From IMG/VR virus record IMGVR_UViG_3300028925_012220, positions 1-31,555 of that record: a DNA stretch of 31,555 nucleotides; one strand, given 5' to 3'. The translations under genes and the position numbers were made by a program. Below, in pieces: positions 20,569-29,257 of this stretch (its first letter is position 1; each line of letters begins with the position of its first letter). The notes below the pieces were generated by a model that worked only from the letters and a program-made list of their open reading frames with translations, was not told where the DNA came from and ran no database searches. The stretch is from a virus (taxonomy: Duplodnaviria; Caudoviricetes).

Positions 20569-22446
20569 TTAGTATGTTACTACCTTCCCTGTGATATCCT
20601 TTGCAGGGTATTTAATTTCAAATACCGATGGATCAAGTGATGGGTATATAACATCTTGATATGTTGCTTCACTAATATCGTACCTATGTTCAGAGTAATC
20701 ACCATTAAATAAATTGCTGACTTTCACATCTGTTACAGATTGTACACCTGTGATGTTTGCTAAGCATAGGTATATGTCTGTCTTATATAGTGCACTAGAA
20801 AAACTTAAATTATCAGTAGTATATTTTTTCTGAAGTGCCTTTATACATCTGAACAATACAGCGTTAGAATTAGCACCAGGTAGTACAGTTATCTCAAAAT
20901 CAATACCTACGTTAACAATATATCCATCTTTTATATTTATCGCGTCTGTTAACATTCTATACTGGGATAAATATGTTCTCAAGTTTTCTTTTGCTGCGGT
21001 AGGGAGTGTAGTTAATTGCTTATTAGCGTTATATGCTAATACATACATGTTTACTGCCAATGGATTAGTTACTGACTCTTCTGATGCAAGCATTTGCTCA
21101 TCTGATGCTACGTAAGCTTTTGCTACTGTTCCAAACTTAGATGGCATACTCATAGCTCGTATTACGTAGTCTTCACGCGTTACCATTCTGTTTTGTGTCG
21201 CATAATACCCTAGAGCGTTTTGCCGAACATTCTCAAGAGCCTCTGCTCCCATACCACCTGTAGCAGCTTCGGGATTAAGTACAGCAATTGAATTTTCAAC
21301 TACAGTACGGGGTCCGCTAATTAATGTTTTAGTACGATCAAATACAACTGTATTACTCACTATGTTTTTTATACTATTACTACTCACATTAGCAGCTAAC
21401 CCATACCCTACTGTATAGGTTATAGTCAATGTTGTGTTAGATGGGGCTTGACCATAAGTATCTGTATAAAGGAAGTTAGATGGATCAAAAGCTTTGTCTA
21501 AATTAGATATCCCACCTGGTAGCGTTGAGCCAATGTTTTCAGGGTTAGGAATTATTACCTCGTCATCTTTACCTGCAATACCAGAACCAAACCGCAGCTC
21601 TACCTTATTATCAGGAGTGATTCTAGTTATGTACCGCCTTTTGGTTGTCCTTAATCTTAGTATATACGGTGAATCTTTAACACCTGCAGCCCTAGTAGGG
21701 TCATTCGCTATATCGTTTACAGATTCATCAAACACTGTTGATTGTGCTAAAAAAGGCACTTCCGTCCAAGGCATACCATCGCTGTCTGTCATTGAATCAA
21801 TACTTTGAATATTTGTATCATTAACAACGAATGTTGGATACTCTTTTGCACCTCCTACAGGGATTGTTGTAAGTTTCTGATTGCCGCTTAATGCGTTTAC
21901 ATTTTTAGTGAATAAGTAATACTCAGGTCTTCCTGTGTCAGCGTTTGAGTTGTATACGGTTATATCTGTTGGATCAACAGAACTTGAGAAGTTAAAGTTA
22001 ACCTCCTTTATTGTTCTAAATTTTGTACCTGTAACTGTTGACAGTAACATGCCAGTTTCAACTCTAGGAGCATAATCAAAATCCGGCTTGATATCTGCAC
22101 CTGTACCTGTTGCTGGTATTAAACAATGTACCTGAATTTTTGCGGTTGCAGGTGATGCTAATTTTGGTTTATATCCAAATGCTTGAGCTATAGAGTATAT
22201 ATTTTTTTTCTCTGTTGCTCTTAACAACATAGTCTCTTTCATTGCATAGTCTGTATAGTATGATAACACATCACCTACATACGATGCCATCTCTATGAAC
22301 ATTGTAGATGGTGAAGCTTCAGTAAAGTCTTTTACAGTTGATGGGAAGTAATTTTTTGCATACTCTATTAGGTTACTCTTAATTCCAGAGAAATCCTTGT
22401 GAGTATATCTTACGTCTCGTATATTATTTGAATTATTATATGCCAT
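20569..22446 (-). CDS. Baseplate wedge subunit (T4 gp6 / baseplate J-like)
   Basis: DFSGIKSNLIEYAK, YVGDVLSYY, LRFGSG, ATGG...E, TQNRMVTREDY motifs; adjacent to gp25. Confidence 0.88.
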   Translation of the reverse strand: MAYNNSNNIRDVRYTHKDFSGIKSNLIEYAKNYFPSTVKDFTEASPSTMFIEMASYVGDVLSYYTDYAMKETMLLRATEKKNIYSIAQAFGYKPKLASPATAKIQVHCLIPATGTGADIKPDFDYAPRVETGMLLSTVTGTKFRTIKEVNFNFSSSVDPTDITVYNSNADTGRPEYYLFTKNVNALSGNQKLTTIPVGGAKEYPTFVVNDTNIQSIDSMTDSDGMPWTEVPFLAQSTVFDESVNDIANDPTRAAGVKDSPYILRLRTTKRRYITRITPDNKVELRFGSGIAGKDDEVIIPNPENIGSTLPGGISNLDKAFDPSNFLYTDTYGQAPSNTTLTITYTVGYGLAANVSSNSIKNIVSNTVVFDRTKTLISGPRTVVENSIAVLNPEAATGGMGAEALENVRQNALGYYATQNRMVTREDYVIRAMSMPSKFGTVAKAYVASDEQMLASEESVTNPLAVNMYVLAYNANKQLTTLPTAAKENLRTYLSQYRMLTDAINIKDGYIVNVGIDFEITVLPGANSNAVLFRCIKALQKKYTTDNLSFSSALYKTDIYLCLANITGVQSVTDVKVSNLFNGDYSEHRYDISEATYQDVIYPSLDPSVFEIKYPAKDITGKVVTY

Positions 22447-22856
22447 TACACTTTCACCGCTAAATTTAAAGTATCATCAGCTGGCCAACCTTGCACAGAG
22501 TATGTTACTTGTATTAATACTTGATTTTTTTCAGGTGTAGATGTTACATTAACATTACCTAATGTTACGAACGGTATCCACCTCTCCATGGCGTTTTTTA
22601 TAGCAGCGCGTGCTGCTACAGCAAGTTCGTCATCATATAGTTGCTCGAATAATAGTTGATATAAATCGCACCCGAACTCTGGTTGCATTGGACGTTCACC
22701 TTTCATAGTTAATATTAAATTCCGTAAATTATCCTTAACTTGACCAGCTGTATTATAATTTTTACTCCACCCGCCCACATTCAATGGAAACCCTATACCT
22801 ATTACAGTATTAGGATTAATATCATTTGGGTATATTTTGGGTACTAGTCTCGCCAT
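22446..22856 (-). CDS. Baseplate wedge subunit gp25/GPW
   Basis: NLRNLILTMKGERPMQPEFGCDL...LFE is the canonical gp25 motif. Confidence 0.92.
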   Translation of the reverse strand: MARLVPKIYPNDINPNTVIGIGFPLNVGGWSKNYNTAGQVKDNLRNLILTMKGERPMQPEFGCDLYQLLFEQLYDDELAVAARAAIKNAMERWIPFVTLGNVNVTSTPEKNQVLIQVTYSVQGWPADDTLNLAVKV

Positions 22857-22859
22857 ATC

Positions 22860-23204
22860 TTACTTTACAATCTTCTTCATTAGTGCACTATAATCACGTG
22901 TCAATGCTTTAGTTACAGAAGGATCTACTTTATCTGCAGATACTACTTGTCCGTTATGCCCTATCAATGCAGTAGAAGCCGCTCCTGACCCATCTTGCAT
23001 TGCTGCGAAACCAGCTCTTGCATCTACACCATCAAATGTTCCCATTGTTGGATATGCTTCTGTTTCTGTCTGTGTTAACGCTTCTGACAGTGTTAACTTA
23101 TTATTACTGGTTGATTTTTTTTCTGTTAGTAAATTTCTTACTTCTCGTTGTACTTCTTCTCGTACAATTTTTCTAATTACAGCTGCTAATTTGCTTGTTT
23201 TCAT
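22860..23204 (-). CDS. Hypothetical protein (114 aa; start reassigned to ATG 23204)
   Basis: GGAG SD 9 nt before ATG 23204; MKTSKLAAVIRKIVREEV leader. Confidence 0.65.
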   Translation of the reverse strand: MKTSKLAAVIRKIVREEVQREVRNLLTEKKSTSNNKLTLSEALTQTETEAYPTMGTFDGVDARAGFAAMQDGSGAASTALIGHNGQVVSADKVDPSVTKALTRDYSALMKKIVK

Positions 23205-23234
23205 GTTGTTAATCTCCACACCTATGGTATATAT

Positions 23235-23244
23235 AATAAATATA
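23235..23244 (-). promoter_or_regulatory. Putative late promoter variant (TATATTTATT)
   Basis: One mismatch to the recurrent motif; upstream of the baseplate operon. Confidence 0.5.
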
Positions 23245-23252
23245 CAGTTATG

Positions 23253-24299
23253 TTATTTTTGCTTTAATGCATCCAACTTTGTTTTAATACTCATTACCGA
23301 TGACTCTATAGTCATGGCGTTTTGAAAGGATGATGCAAAGCTACCTGCTTGAACACTTAGTAGTGTTGATCCTACACCGGGTACGGGGAATGTTTGCTGT
23401 GCACTAGCTATTGCCTGTGACTTTACCTCACCTGCTAAAGACTTCACTTGCTCTACTAGATCTGATAATGTGTCTAACACAGTATCAACATCGTGTACCC
23501 AAACTTGTGTACATAGTGCTATTGTTTTTTTAGATGATAGTATAATATCAGCTGAACGTGAGCCTATAATAATTCTATCGCTATACAGTATCACTTGACC
23601 TGATCCGAATTTATCTCTTGAGCTCTGTAATGTTGCAGGGATGTCAGACTGTAGTGGTATCTCTATATGTTGATCCGATGTCAACCATATACCAGCAGAA
23701 TCTGTTTCGAAATCTTCCTGGGGTAGATATCCGTTTCGCAATATTGTTATAGGCGAGACTGAGTTTGTTGAACTAATCCACGGTACATCTGTAGTAGGAT
23801 TTGATGCTGTAAATCTCAAGCTCTGACCAAATCGACCTTGAGTTACAACATCCCCTTCATAGAGATCTAGCGATCTTGCTGATCGTGGGAGAGGTACAAA
23901 AGTATTACCTGTATATGGGTCAGAAGTACCTTTTATATATGTAATATTATTTGCATTAAGTAGGTGATTTACCATTCCACGTTCAGATGTAATCCCTGTG
24001 TAAAACCAATCACCTGTTACACTATCTTTAATGCAATGTATCTTCTCATTAGGTAATGGTATTGTAAACATGTGAGGGTTCATAGGTGACACCGTTGTTG
24101 TCAGCATTCTTCCTTGATCAGTCTTTATTGTTACCTGTACATCACCAACTCCTCTATAATCAGAGGTGTTACCAGCTAATACTTGTACCACACTAGCTAT
24201 AGCGTGCTCCATATTAGTGAACGATGTCTGTCGATTTGTAGATGGTGTGGTACCTATACTAAGATTAACTAACTCAGGGCTGTCAGAATATTTTGACAT
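23253..24299 (-). CDS. Putative baseplate central spike/hub protein (gp5/gpV-like)
   Basis: OB-fold-like N-terminus (IPLPNEKI), EGDVVTQGRFGQSLRF, beta-rich middle; lies upstream of gp25. Confidence 0.55.
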   Translation of the reverse strand: MSKYSDSPELVNLSIGTTPSTNRQTSFTNMEHAIASVVQVLAGNTSDYRGVGDVQVTIKTDQGRMLTTTVSPMNPHMFTIPLPNEKIHCIKDSVTGDWFYTGITSERGMVNHLLNANNITYIKGTSDPYTGNTFVPLPRSARSLDLYEGDVVTQGRFGQSLRFTASNPTTDVPWISSTNSVSPITILRNGYLPQEDFETDSAGIWLTSDQHIEIPLQSDIPATLQSSRDKFGSGQVILYSDRIIIGSRSADIILSSKKTIALCTQVWVHDVDTVLDTLSDLVEQVKSLAGEVKSQAIASAQQTFPVPGVGSTLLSVQAGSFASSFQNAMTIESSVMSIKTKLDALKQK

Positions 24300-24640
24300 T
24301 ACTTTGACACTCCTACGCGACCTACCTCAGCAATCAACTGTTCCTTCTCAGCGTCTGTTAATATTATACCTCCATCACTTCCACCGGGACGTAAATAAGC
24401 TTTCTGTACTATAGCTGCCATCTTAATTAACGCTTCGTCATTCTTTACAGCTATTTCCATATAGTCTTTAATGAGGGGTACTATTATTACAGCATCGCCA
24501 ATATTTTTAATCATAGGCTTTAGCTCTGTTATAAGTATTTGAATTTGTGTCTCTTTACGTGTTGAATTTGTGTAGATATCTCTCAACAGACTTTCAAATG
24601 TTTTTCCCTCAAATATTTCTTCTTGTTTTTCTTCACTCAT
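24299..24640 (-). CDS. Phage hypothetical protein (113 aa, helical)
   Basis: GGAG SD, late motif upstream, TAATG coupling to the next gene. Confidence 0.65.
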   Translation of the reverse strand: MSEEKQEEIFEGKTFESLLRDIYTNSTRKETQIQILITELKPMIKNIGDAVIIVPLIKDYMEIAVKNDEALIKMAAIVQKAYLRPGGSDGGIILTDAEKEQLIAEVGRVGVSK

Positions 24641-24655
24641 AGTATTCTCCGTATA

Positions 24656-24665
24656 TATAAATATA
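24656..24665 (-). promoter_or_regulatory. Putative late promoter (TATATTTATA)
   Basis: Recurrent motif immediately after the terminator, at the start of the structural module. Confidence 0.62.
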
Positions 24666-24666
24666 C

Positions 24667-24702
24667 AAAAACAAAAAAGCGCCTGGTATTAGCAGGCGCT
24701 TT
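24667..24702 (-). terminator. Rho-independent terminator
   Basis: 10-bp stem AAAGCGCCTG (24676-85)/CAGGCGCTTT (24693-702), 7-nt loop, followed on the minus strand by a T-rich run. Confidence 0.85.
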
Positions 24703-24722
24703 CCTTATTTATTGTTAGTTAA

Positions 24723-24947
24723 CTATTTCTTCACAAAGAATGATGTGATGATAACTAGCACAATCAACCCTACAAATCCACCATTTCCTAGTGCATTTAC
24801 GAGAGCTGATAAGTTAGCTACAACATCCATTCCAAATACTGTACCACCTGTTAAGACGGTCCATAGAATTGATACTGGGAGTACTGCCATCAAAATTGAT
24901 AGTAGTCCACCTAGAAATCCTGTTACGTATTTAATTATCGAATCCAT
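24723..24947 (-). CDS. Small integral membrane protein (74 aa; start reassigned to ATG 24947)
   Basis: AGGA SD before MDSIIKY; two long hydrophobic segments, Gly-rich, C-terminal KK. Confidence 0.7.
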   Translation of the reverse strand: MDSIIKYVTGFLGGLLSILMAVLPVSILWTVLTGGTVFGMDVVANLSALVNALGNGGFVGLIVLVIITSFFVKK

Positions 24948-25014
24948 TTGTTTCCTTTTATTTTTATTATCTTGTGGCAATATTGCCGTGAGAGCATCGA
25001 GCGGTTAATAATTA

Positions 25015-25431
25015 CTAGAACTTAAGACCAAACCCTAATGTAAGGTTTGTTGTCTTGGTCCCTATATTATAAACTACTTTTGGATCTACAAATACATGAT
25101 CATGTATTGTAAACATTTTACCTAAACCTAGCGCTAAATCATCAACGCTTATTCCATCTGTTGCCACATATGCAAAATACCCTTTGAAGAAGTACCTTGC
25201 ATGTAAGTTGATACTTAAATCAACGGTAGAGTCTGCTTGTGTAGAAGTAATAGATGCACCAATCATTAGATTCTCTATTACGCCATACCCTACTGTAGGT
25301 GATACTGACCAGTCTGTCCATGCGACATTTGAAATGTCCCCTGTGCCTACATACCAGTCACCTTTTTCTTGTGCGTTAGCTGCGAAAATACCGCATACCA
25401 ACATCACTGTTGTTAAAATTAAATTTCTCAT
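25015..25431 (-). CDS. Small outer-membrane beta-barrel protein
   Basis: Sec signal peptide ending AANA-QEKG; alternating hydrophobic beta-strands; C-terminal beta-signal LTLGFGLKF ending in Phe. Confidence 0.8.
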   Translation of the reverse strand: MRNLILTTVMLVCGIFAANAQEKGDWYVGTGDISNVAWTDWSVSPTVGYGVIENLMIGASITSTQADSTVDLSINLHARYFFKGYFAYVATDGISVDDLALGLGKMFTIHDHVFVDPKVVYNIGTKTTNLTLGFGLKF

Positions 25432-25539
25432 ACTTTTTTTCCCTTGTTGTTAAATGATGCTCTTATCTCTCATTTATAAATGTAACCTTTACCTTTATTG
25501 TTTATAACCTTTATTATCATAATATACATATCAACCACA

Positions 25540-26307
25540 CTAGGTAGATCTGTATATAATCCATAACCTTTTGTATTCTACCTTTAGTATATTTACAACA
25601 CGTGTAATATACTGTGTTTTTACATTGACCATCTCGCGGACCATAATGTAAAGTGCTTTTTTATTGTATGTTTCTATATTCTCACAATTCTTAAATATCT
25701 CAAGAACTGCATAGGCAATAGGTATGTCTCGCTTATACCTTATTACTGTATCTATATTATTTTCTATATGCTCTATAAATAGGTGATAGAAATCCTGCAC
25801 CTCGGAACGATCTGATTCACGTATCACTTCATTAACTATGTTACGTTGTGAATCTATCGCGACGACAGGTGCCTTACCTTTCTTGCGATTGTAGTGCTTG
25901 TAGTTATTCTGAATCAAGTAATTTTTAGCTACTATGCTAAAGTAGGAAAAAGCTTTACCTTTCTCCTGTGTATATTTAGGTAGCTTCTCTAATAGGAAAG
26001 CAATGACCTCGTGCTGTACATCTTTCGTTGCAGCGTCGAAGTGATAGAACTTATACCTATGTATTAAACTCTCTGCCATCTTAGATAGTGGTTTATGTAT
26101 GTACTCATTAAACACTTTATTGCGTAATGGGTCGCTTACCTCTGAGTTGTATGCTATAATAGCGTTCTCTGTATCTTGTGTAAAGTAAAGCTTGTTCTTT
26201 CTAGGACGGCCTCTCTTAGGTCGAGTATCTAAACTTGCACTGAGCTCAGCTTGAATTTTACCTATCTCAATCTGCTCGTAGAATAAATTAACCGGACTAC
26301 TTCGCAT
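25540..26307 (-). CDS. Phage RNA polymerase sigma factor (T4 gp55-like, region 2) with N-terminal AT-hook
   Basis: DVQHEVIAFLLEKLPKY...KGKAFSYFSIVAKNYLI resembles sigma region 2; KRGRPRK near the N-terminus. Confidence 0.7.
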   Translation of the reverse strand: MRSSPVNLFYEQIEIGKIQAELSASLDTRPKRGRPRKNKLYFTQDTENAIIAYNSEVSDPLRNKVFNEYIHKPLSKMAESLIHRYKFYHFDAATKDVQHEVIAFLLEKLPKYTQEKGKAFSYFSIVAKNYLIQNNYKHYNRKKGKAPVVAIDSQRNIVNEVIRESDRSEVQDFYHLFIEHIENNIDTVIRYKRDIPIAYAVLEIFKNCENIETYNKKALYIMVREMVNVKTQYITRVVNILKVEYKRLWIIYRST

Positions 26308-26584
26308 CTGGTGACTCTTGTATATACTTACTACGTAACATATCTATTTCTTGTTTTAAATCTTTAAACACTGCACCTGTTTCATCTTCCGATTCAAACA
26401 GCCCTCTACTATCTATGGTTTGCATATTAGCATATGCTTGCTCTATACTGACTAACACATCTGCTAATGTTAATGACACATCTGTTAGCTCTTCATCTAC
26501 TCGCTCGATCTTGCGCAAGAGATTAACTATAACATATGTGCATACAATTAAAGCAATTGTTACTACTACTAACAACCACACCAT
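26297..26584 (-). CDS. Membrane-anchored protein (N-terminal TM + coiled coil)
   Basis: Residues 2-23 hydrophobic, followed by RK and a heptad-like helix. Confidence 0.65.
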   Translation of the reverse strand: MVWLLVVVTIALIVCTYVIVNLLRKIERVDEELTDVSLTLADVLVSIEQAYANMQTIDSRGLFESEDETGAVFKDLKQEIDMLRSKYIQESPDAK

Positions 26585-27348
26585 TACTTTTTATCCCCAA
26601 ACAGGTCTTTAAATAGATCTTTTGCAGAGTCGTTTGCACCGCTTATTGTTTTACTATTGTAAGCTTTACGAGCAACTTTCTTAGATGCTTTAATGGATGT
26701 ACTTGAACTACCTTTCCATCGCTCATACTCTATTTGAGATGCCATATGGTCAGCGTGATGTAATACAATAGGTAGATTAACTCTCATTCTAGACTCAGGT
26801 CTAAACGCTATAAAGTACGGCTTGTTAGATTCATCATATAAGCCATCGTGTAGTTTAATGCCCATCATTTCGTTTTGAGTATACGTGATGCCAAACTCTT
26901 GAAGTAATAATAAAGATCTATCCGGTACAGCCATAAATGGTATGTCAGGATTAATCTCATATAACTTACCTTGATTCTTTCTGTGCCACTCCGACGGGTT
27001 AGGTCTATACATTTCGAATTCGCGGGTACCTACCTTACCTAAGTCGTGGTTAAGTGCAGCGAATATTAACTCTTCTTTGCTATACCCTTCACACTCTGAT
27101 CCCATTGCTTTCCACATCTCATAATTATCACTAGCGATATTTACCACGCGTAATATGTGATCAACATAACCACCTGCAAAGCAATTATGATAATGCTCGA
27201 AGCTGGATGCAGGCATTACCATCATCCTGTCCTGGAAGAAGGTGTAAAGTTCTGTTAGTTTGGTTTTACGATCACCATCGAACTCTGTGTCGATAATGTT
27301 AATTAATTCTTGCCAATTGGCAGCTACTTGTTGTTCATCTAAATGCAT
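26584..27348 (-). CDS. HD-domain phosphohydrolase (YhaM-like)
   Basis: PAS..HYH..GGYVDH, NHDLGKVG, LHDGLY, HHADH motifs. Confidence 0.85.
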   Translation of the reverse strand: MHLDEQQVAANWQELINIIDTEFDGDRKTKLTELYTFFQDRMMVMPASSFEHYHNCFAGGYVDHILRVVNIASDNYEMWKAMGSECEGYSKEELIFAALNHDLGKVGTREFEMYRPNPSEWHRKNQGKLYEINPDIPFMAVPDRSLLLLQEFGITYTQNEMMGIKLHDGLYDESNKPYFIAFRPESRMRVNLPIVLHHADHMASQIEYERWKGSSSTSIKASKKVARKAYNSKTISGANDSAKDLFKDLFGDKK

Positions 27349-27360
27349 ATGCTATCTCTT

Positions 27361-27609
27361 TTATCCGAGTAATTGTTTCTTGTTAAATAGTGATGACGCA
27401 GTATAATACTGTTCAAGTGTATCTAGCTTATCTCTACCAGATGTTAACTTGTCTAAAGCTTTACTTGCTTCTTCGAGGAAGCGGTTAGAGGTATGTTCAC
27501 CTATTGCTGCCGCTTTATTAAAGCACATATCTAATGCTAGTAATGCTTCGTTAATCTCTGATTCGCACTCACTCTTAAGCGCTTTATATAATCGTTCTTG
27601 ATGGGTCAT
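27361..27609 (-). CDS. Hypothetical helical protein (82 aa)
   Basis: AGGA SD; promoter upstream; helix-IGEH-helix pattern. Confidence 0.65.
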   Translation of the reverse strand: MTHQERLYKALKSECESEINEALLALDMCFNKAAAIGEHTSNRFLEEASKALDKLTSGRDKLDTLEQYYTASSLFNKKQLLG

Positions 27610-27638
27610 TTATAGTATCCTACTTCTTGTTATAGTAC

Positions 27639-27668
27639 AATATAAGAACATATAAATGATATTCCAAC
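27639..27668 (-). promoter_or_regulatory. Putative early/middle promoter GTTGG-N18-TTATATT
   Basis: Identical spacing to the three other copies. Confidence 0.7.
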
Positions 27669-28144
27669 TATTTGATCAGTTTTTGCTGTTTCTTAATCTC
27701 TGAGTTAATTTTCTTAATGTCTTTTTTAAACCTAGCGCGCTTGAGCTGTTTCTTTAGCTTACCAATCTCTGCGAAGGCGTCCATTTTTATCTGCTGCTTC
27801 TGCTTTTTTGATAGCTTTACTTTAGCTACTTTAGGCTTAATAATAGAAGGCTCCATAGTGCCTTTCAACCCGGGTTGTTCCTTACCTCTATGGTATACGT
27901 TACCGTCTTTATCAACATACTCTTTCATAAATGCCCATCCTCTAGGCTTACCAGAGGGCTTATACCCTGTGTTAGCTTCGAATGGAAACTCTTTCTCGAA
28001 TTGCTCTGATACACAAAGGTAGCATGTGCATGCATATACCTCCGGTCCTACCGGCTGCATTGTTCCGCACCCTCTACACTCCATATATAACTCACCGTCC
28101 TTAACTTCGGTGTAATAACTTACCTTATCTTTCTTTGCTTTCAT
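27668..28144 (-). CDS. Zn-finger protein with basic C-terminus
   Basis: CRGC...CTCYLC; Lys-rich tail; alternative in-frame start at 28084 (MECRGC, preceded by GGTGAG) because a late motif overlaps the annotated ATG. Confidence 0.65.
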   Translation of the reverse strand: MKAKKDKVSYYTEVKDGELYMECRGCGTMQPVGPEVYACTCYLCVSEQFEKEFPFEANTGYKPSGKPRGWAFMKEYVDKDGNVYHRGKEQPGLKGTMEPSIIKPKVAKVKLSKKQKQQIKMDAFAEIGKLKKQLKRARFKKDIKKINSEIKKQQKLIK

Positions 28145-28153
28145 ATAAATATA
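28144..28153 (-). promoter_or_regulatory. Putative late promoter (TATATTTATA)
   Basis: Recurrent motif in the intergenic gap, overlapping the A of the annotated start codon. Confidence 0.45.
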
Positions 28154-28169
28154 TATACTTAGTTTTTAT

Positions 28170-28820
28170 CTAACCGTCACTATTACTATTCATGTTAAAT
28201 ACATAGCTATGTATCTCTACACCATCATGTGTTTTAATACGATGCTCATAGGAGCACTTGTTGGACATAAGTACCCTATCTCTAAACCTATTCAGCGCTT
28301 GTAAATTGGAAGAGCTGATTGCTATATACCCATCCAGTATCTCTACTGTTGTAGATGGTTCCTTCTTATACATGGTAGGTGGATGTAACCTTCTACCGTC
28401 AGCAGCTTTGTAGATGTATAGATCTATAGTATCATCTGATAATGTAGACAGCCACTTGTAAAACGTAGCGGGATCTTTATACATCTTATGATCTTCTGGA
28501 TGTAACATATCCCATAACATGTTAGGATCTGTATCTGTAAACGTCTTGACCATATCGTCGAAACGCTGTAAGTCAGTACTACTTAATGTATTAATATAAT
28601 TTGTTAAGAAGTCAACTGTAGATTGTTCAGGTTGCTGAACCTTAAGAGCCATAGATACACTATCTAACATACTCTTTACAGATGAAGCATCAAATCCATT
28701 ACTGAAGTCTTTATACTCTTCTTCTGAATATACAAATAGTTTTATATTCGAATCACCAGAGAGTATATCATCAGCTCTTAGTTTATATATATCGTTTCCA
28801 TCCTTCACTCTATGCTCCAT
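28170..28820 (-). CDS. Hypothetical protein (216 aa)
   Basis: ORF track; fills the gap on the coding strand. Confidence 0.6.
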   Translation of the reverse strand: MEHRVKDGNDIYKLRADDILSGDSNIKLFVYSEEEYKDFSNGFDASSVKSMLDSVSMALKVQQPEQSTVDFLTNYINTLSSTDLQRFDDMVKTFTDTDPNMLWDMLHPEDHKMYKDPATFYKWLSTLSDDTIDLYIYKAADGRRLHPPTMYKKEPSTTVEILDGYIAISSSNLQALNRFRDRVLMSNKCSYEHRIKTHDGVEIHSYVFNMNSNSDG

Positions 28821-28846
28821 ATTGCGCTTGTGTATTTGTAGTCATT

Positions 28847-28856
28847 TATAAATATC
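28847..28856 (-). promoter_or_regulatory. Putative late promoter (GATATTTATA)
   Basis: Recurrent intergenic motif. Confidence 0.55.
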
Positions 28857-29248
28857 TACTTGCCTGTTAAAATCCTCTGTATATTAATATGTTTCTGGTA
28901 AATCTTATTCACGCGAGTCATATCATGTGTGTCGATCTGATTAAGTAGAAGTACTTTATGCTTAATATTAAACATCATCTTCTTATCATCGGTATATTCA
29001 GCCTCAGAGAAGTTGTTATAACCTTTACTGTTGTTAATGTTCCCCTTTATAAGGGATACTACAGATTCAAACTTTTGTATATACTCATGTATCTTATCTA
29101 GATTATCTACCGGTGCAAATGCAGCGAGTATGTTATCTATAGCACTTGCAGCATCCGGATTACGTTCACCAAGTTCACGTAATGCCTCAGCTTGCTCTTG
29201 CTGTTTTAATAATTTATCTGACATATATTTCTGTTTGTCTTTATCCAT
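28856..29248 (-). CDS. Hypothetical protein (130 aa)
   Basis: AGGGG SD; promoter upstream. Confidence 0.6.
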   Translation of the reverse strand: MDKDKQKYMSDKLLKQQEQAEALRELGERNPDAASAIDNILAAFAPVDNLDKIHEYIQKFESVVSLIKGNINNSKGYNNFSEAEYTDDKKMMFNIKHKVLLLNQIDTHDMTRVNKIYQKHINIQRILTGK

Positions 29249-29257
29249 AGTATCCCC

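Noticed and set aside
25015-25431. OMP as the PorP/SprF partner of the type-B T9SS cargo
   Set aside because: At 138 aa it is far shorter than PorP/SprF-family barrels and is not adjacent to the cargo gene
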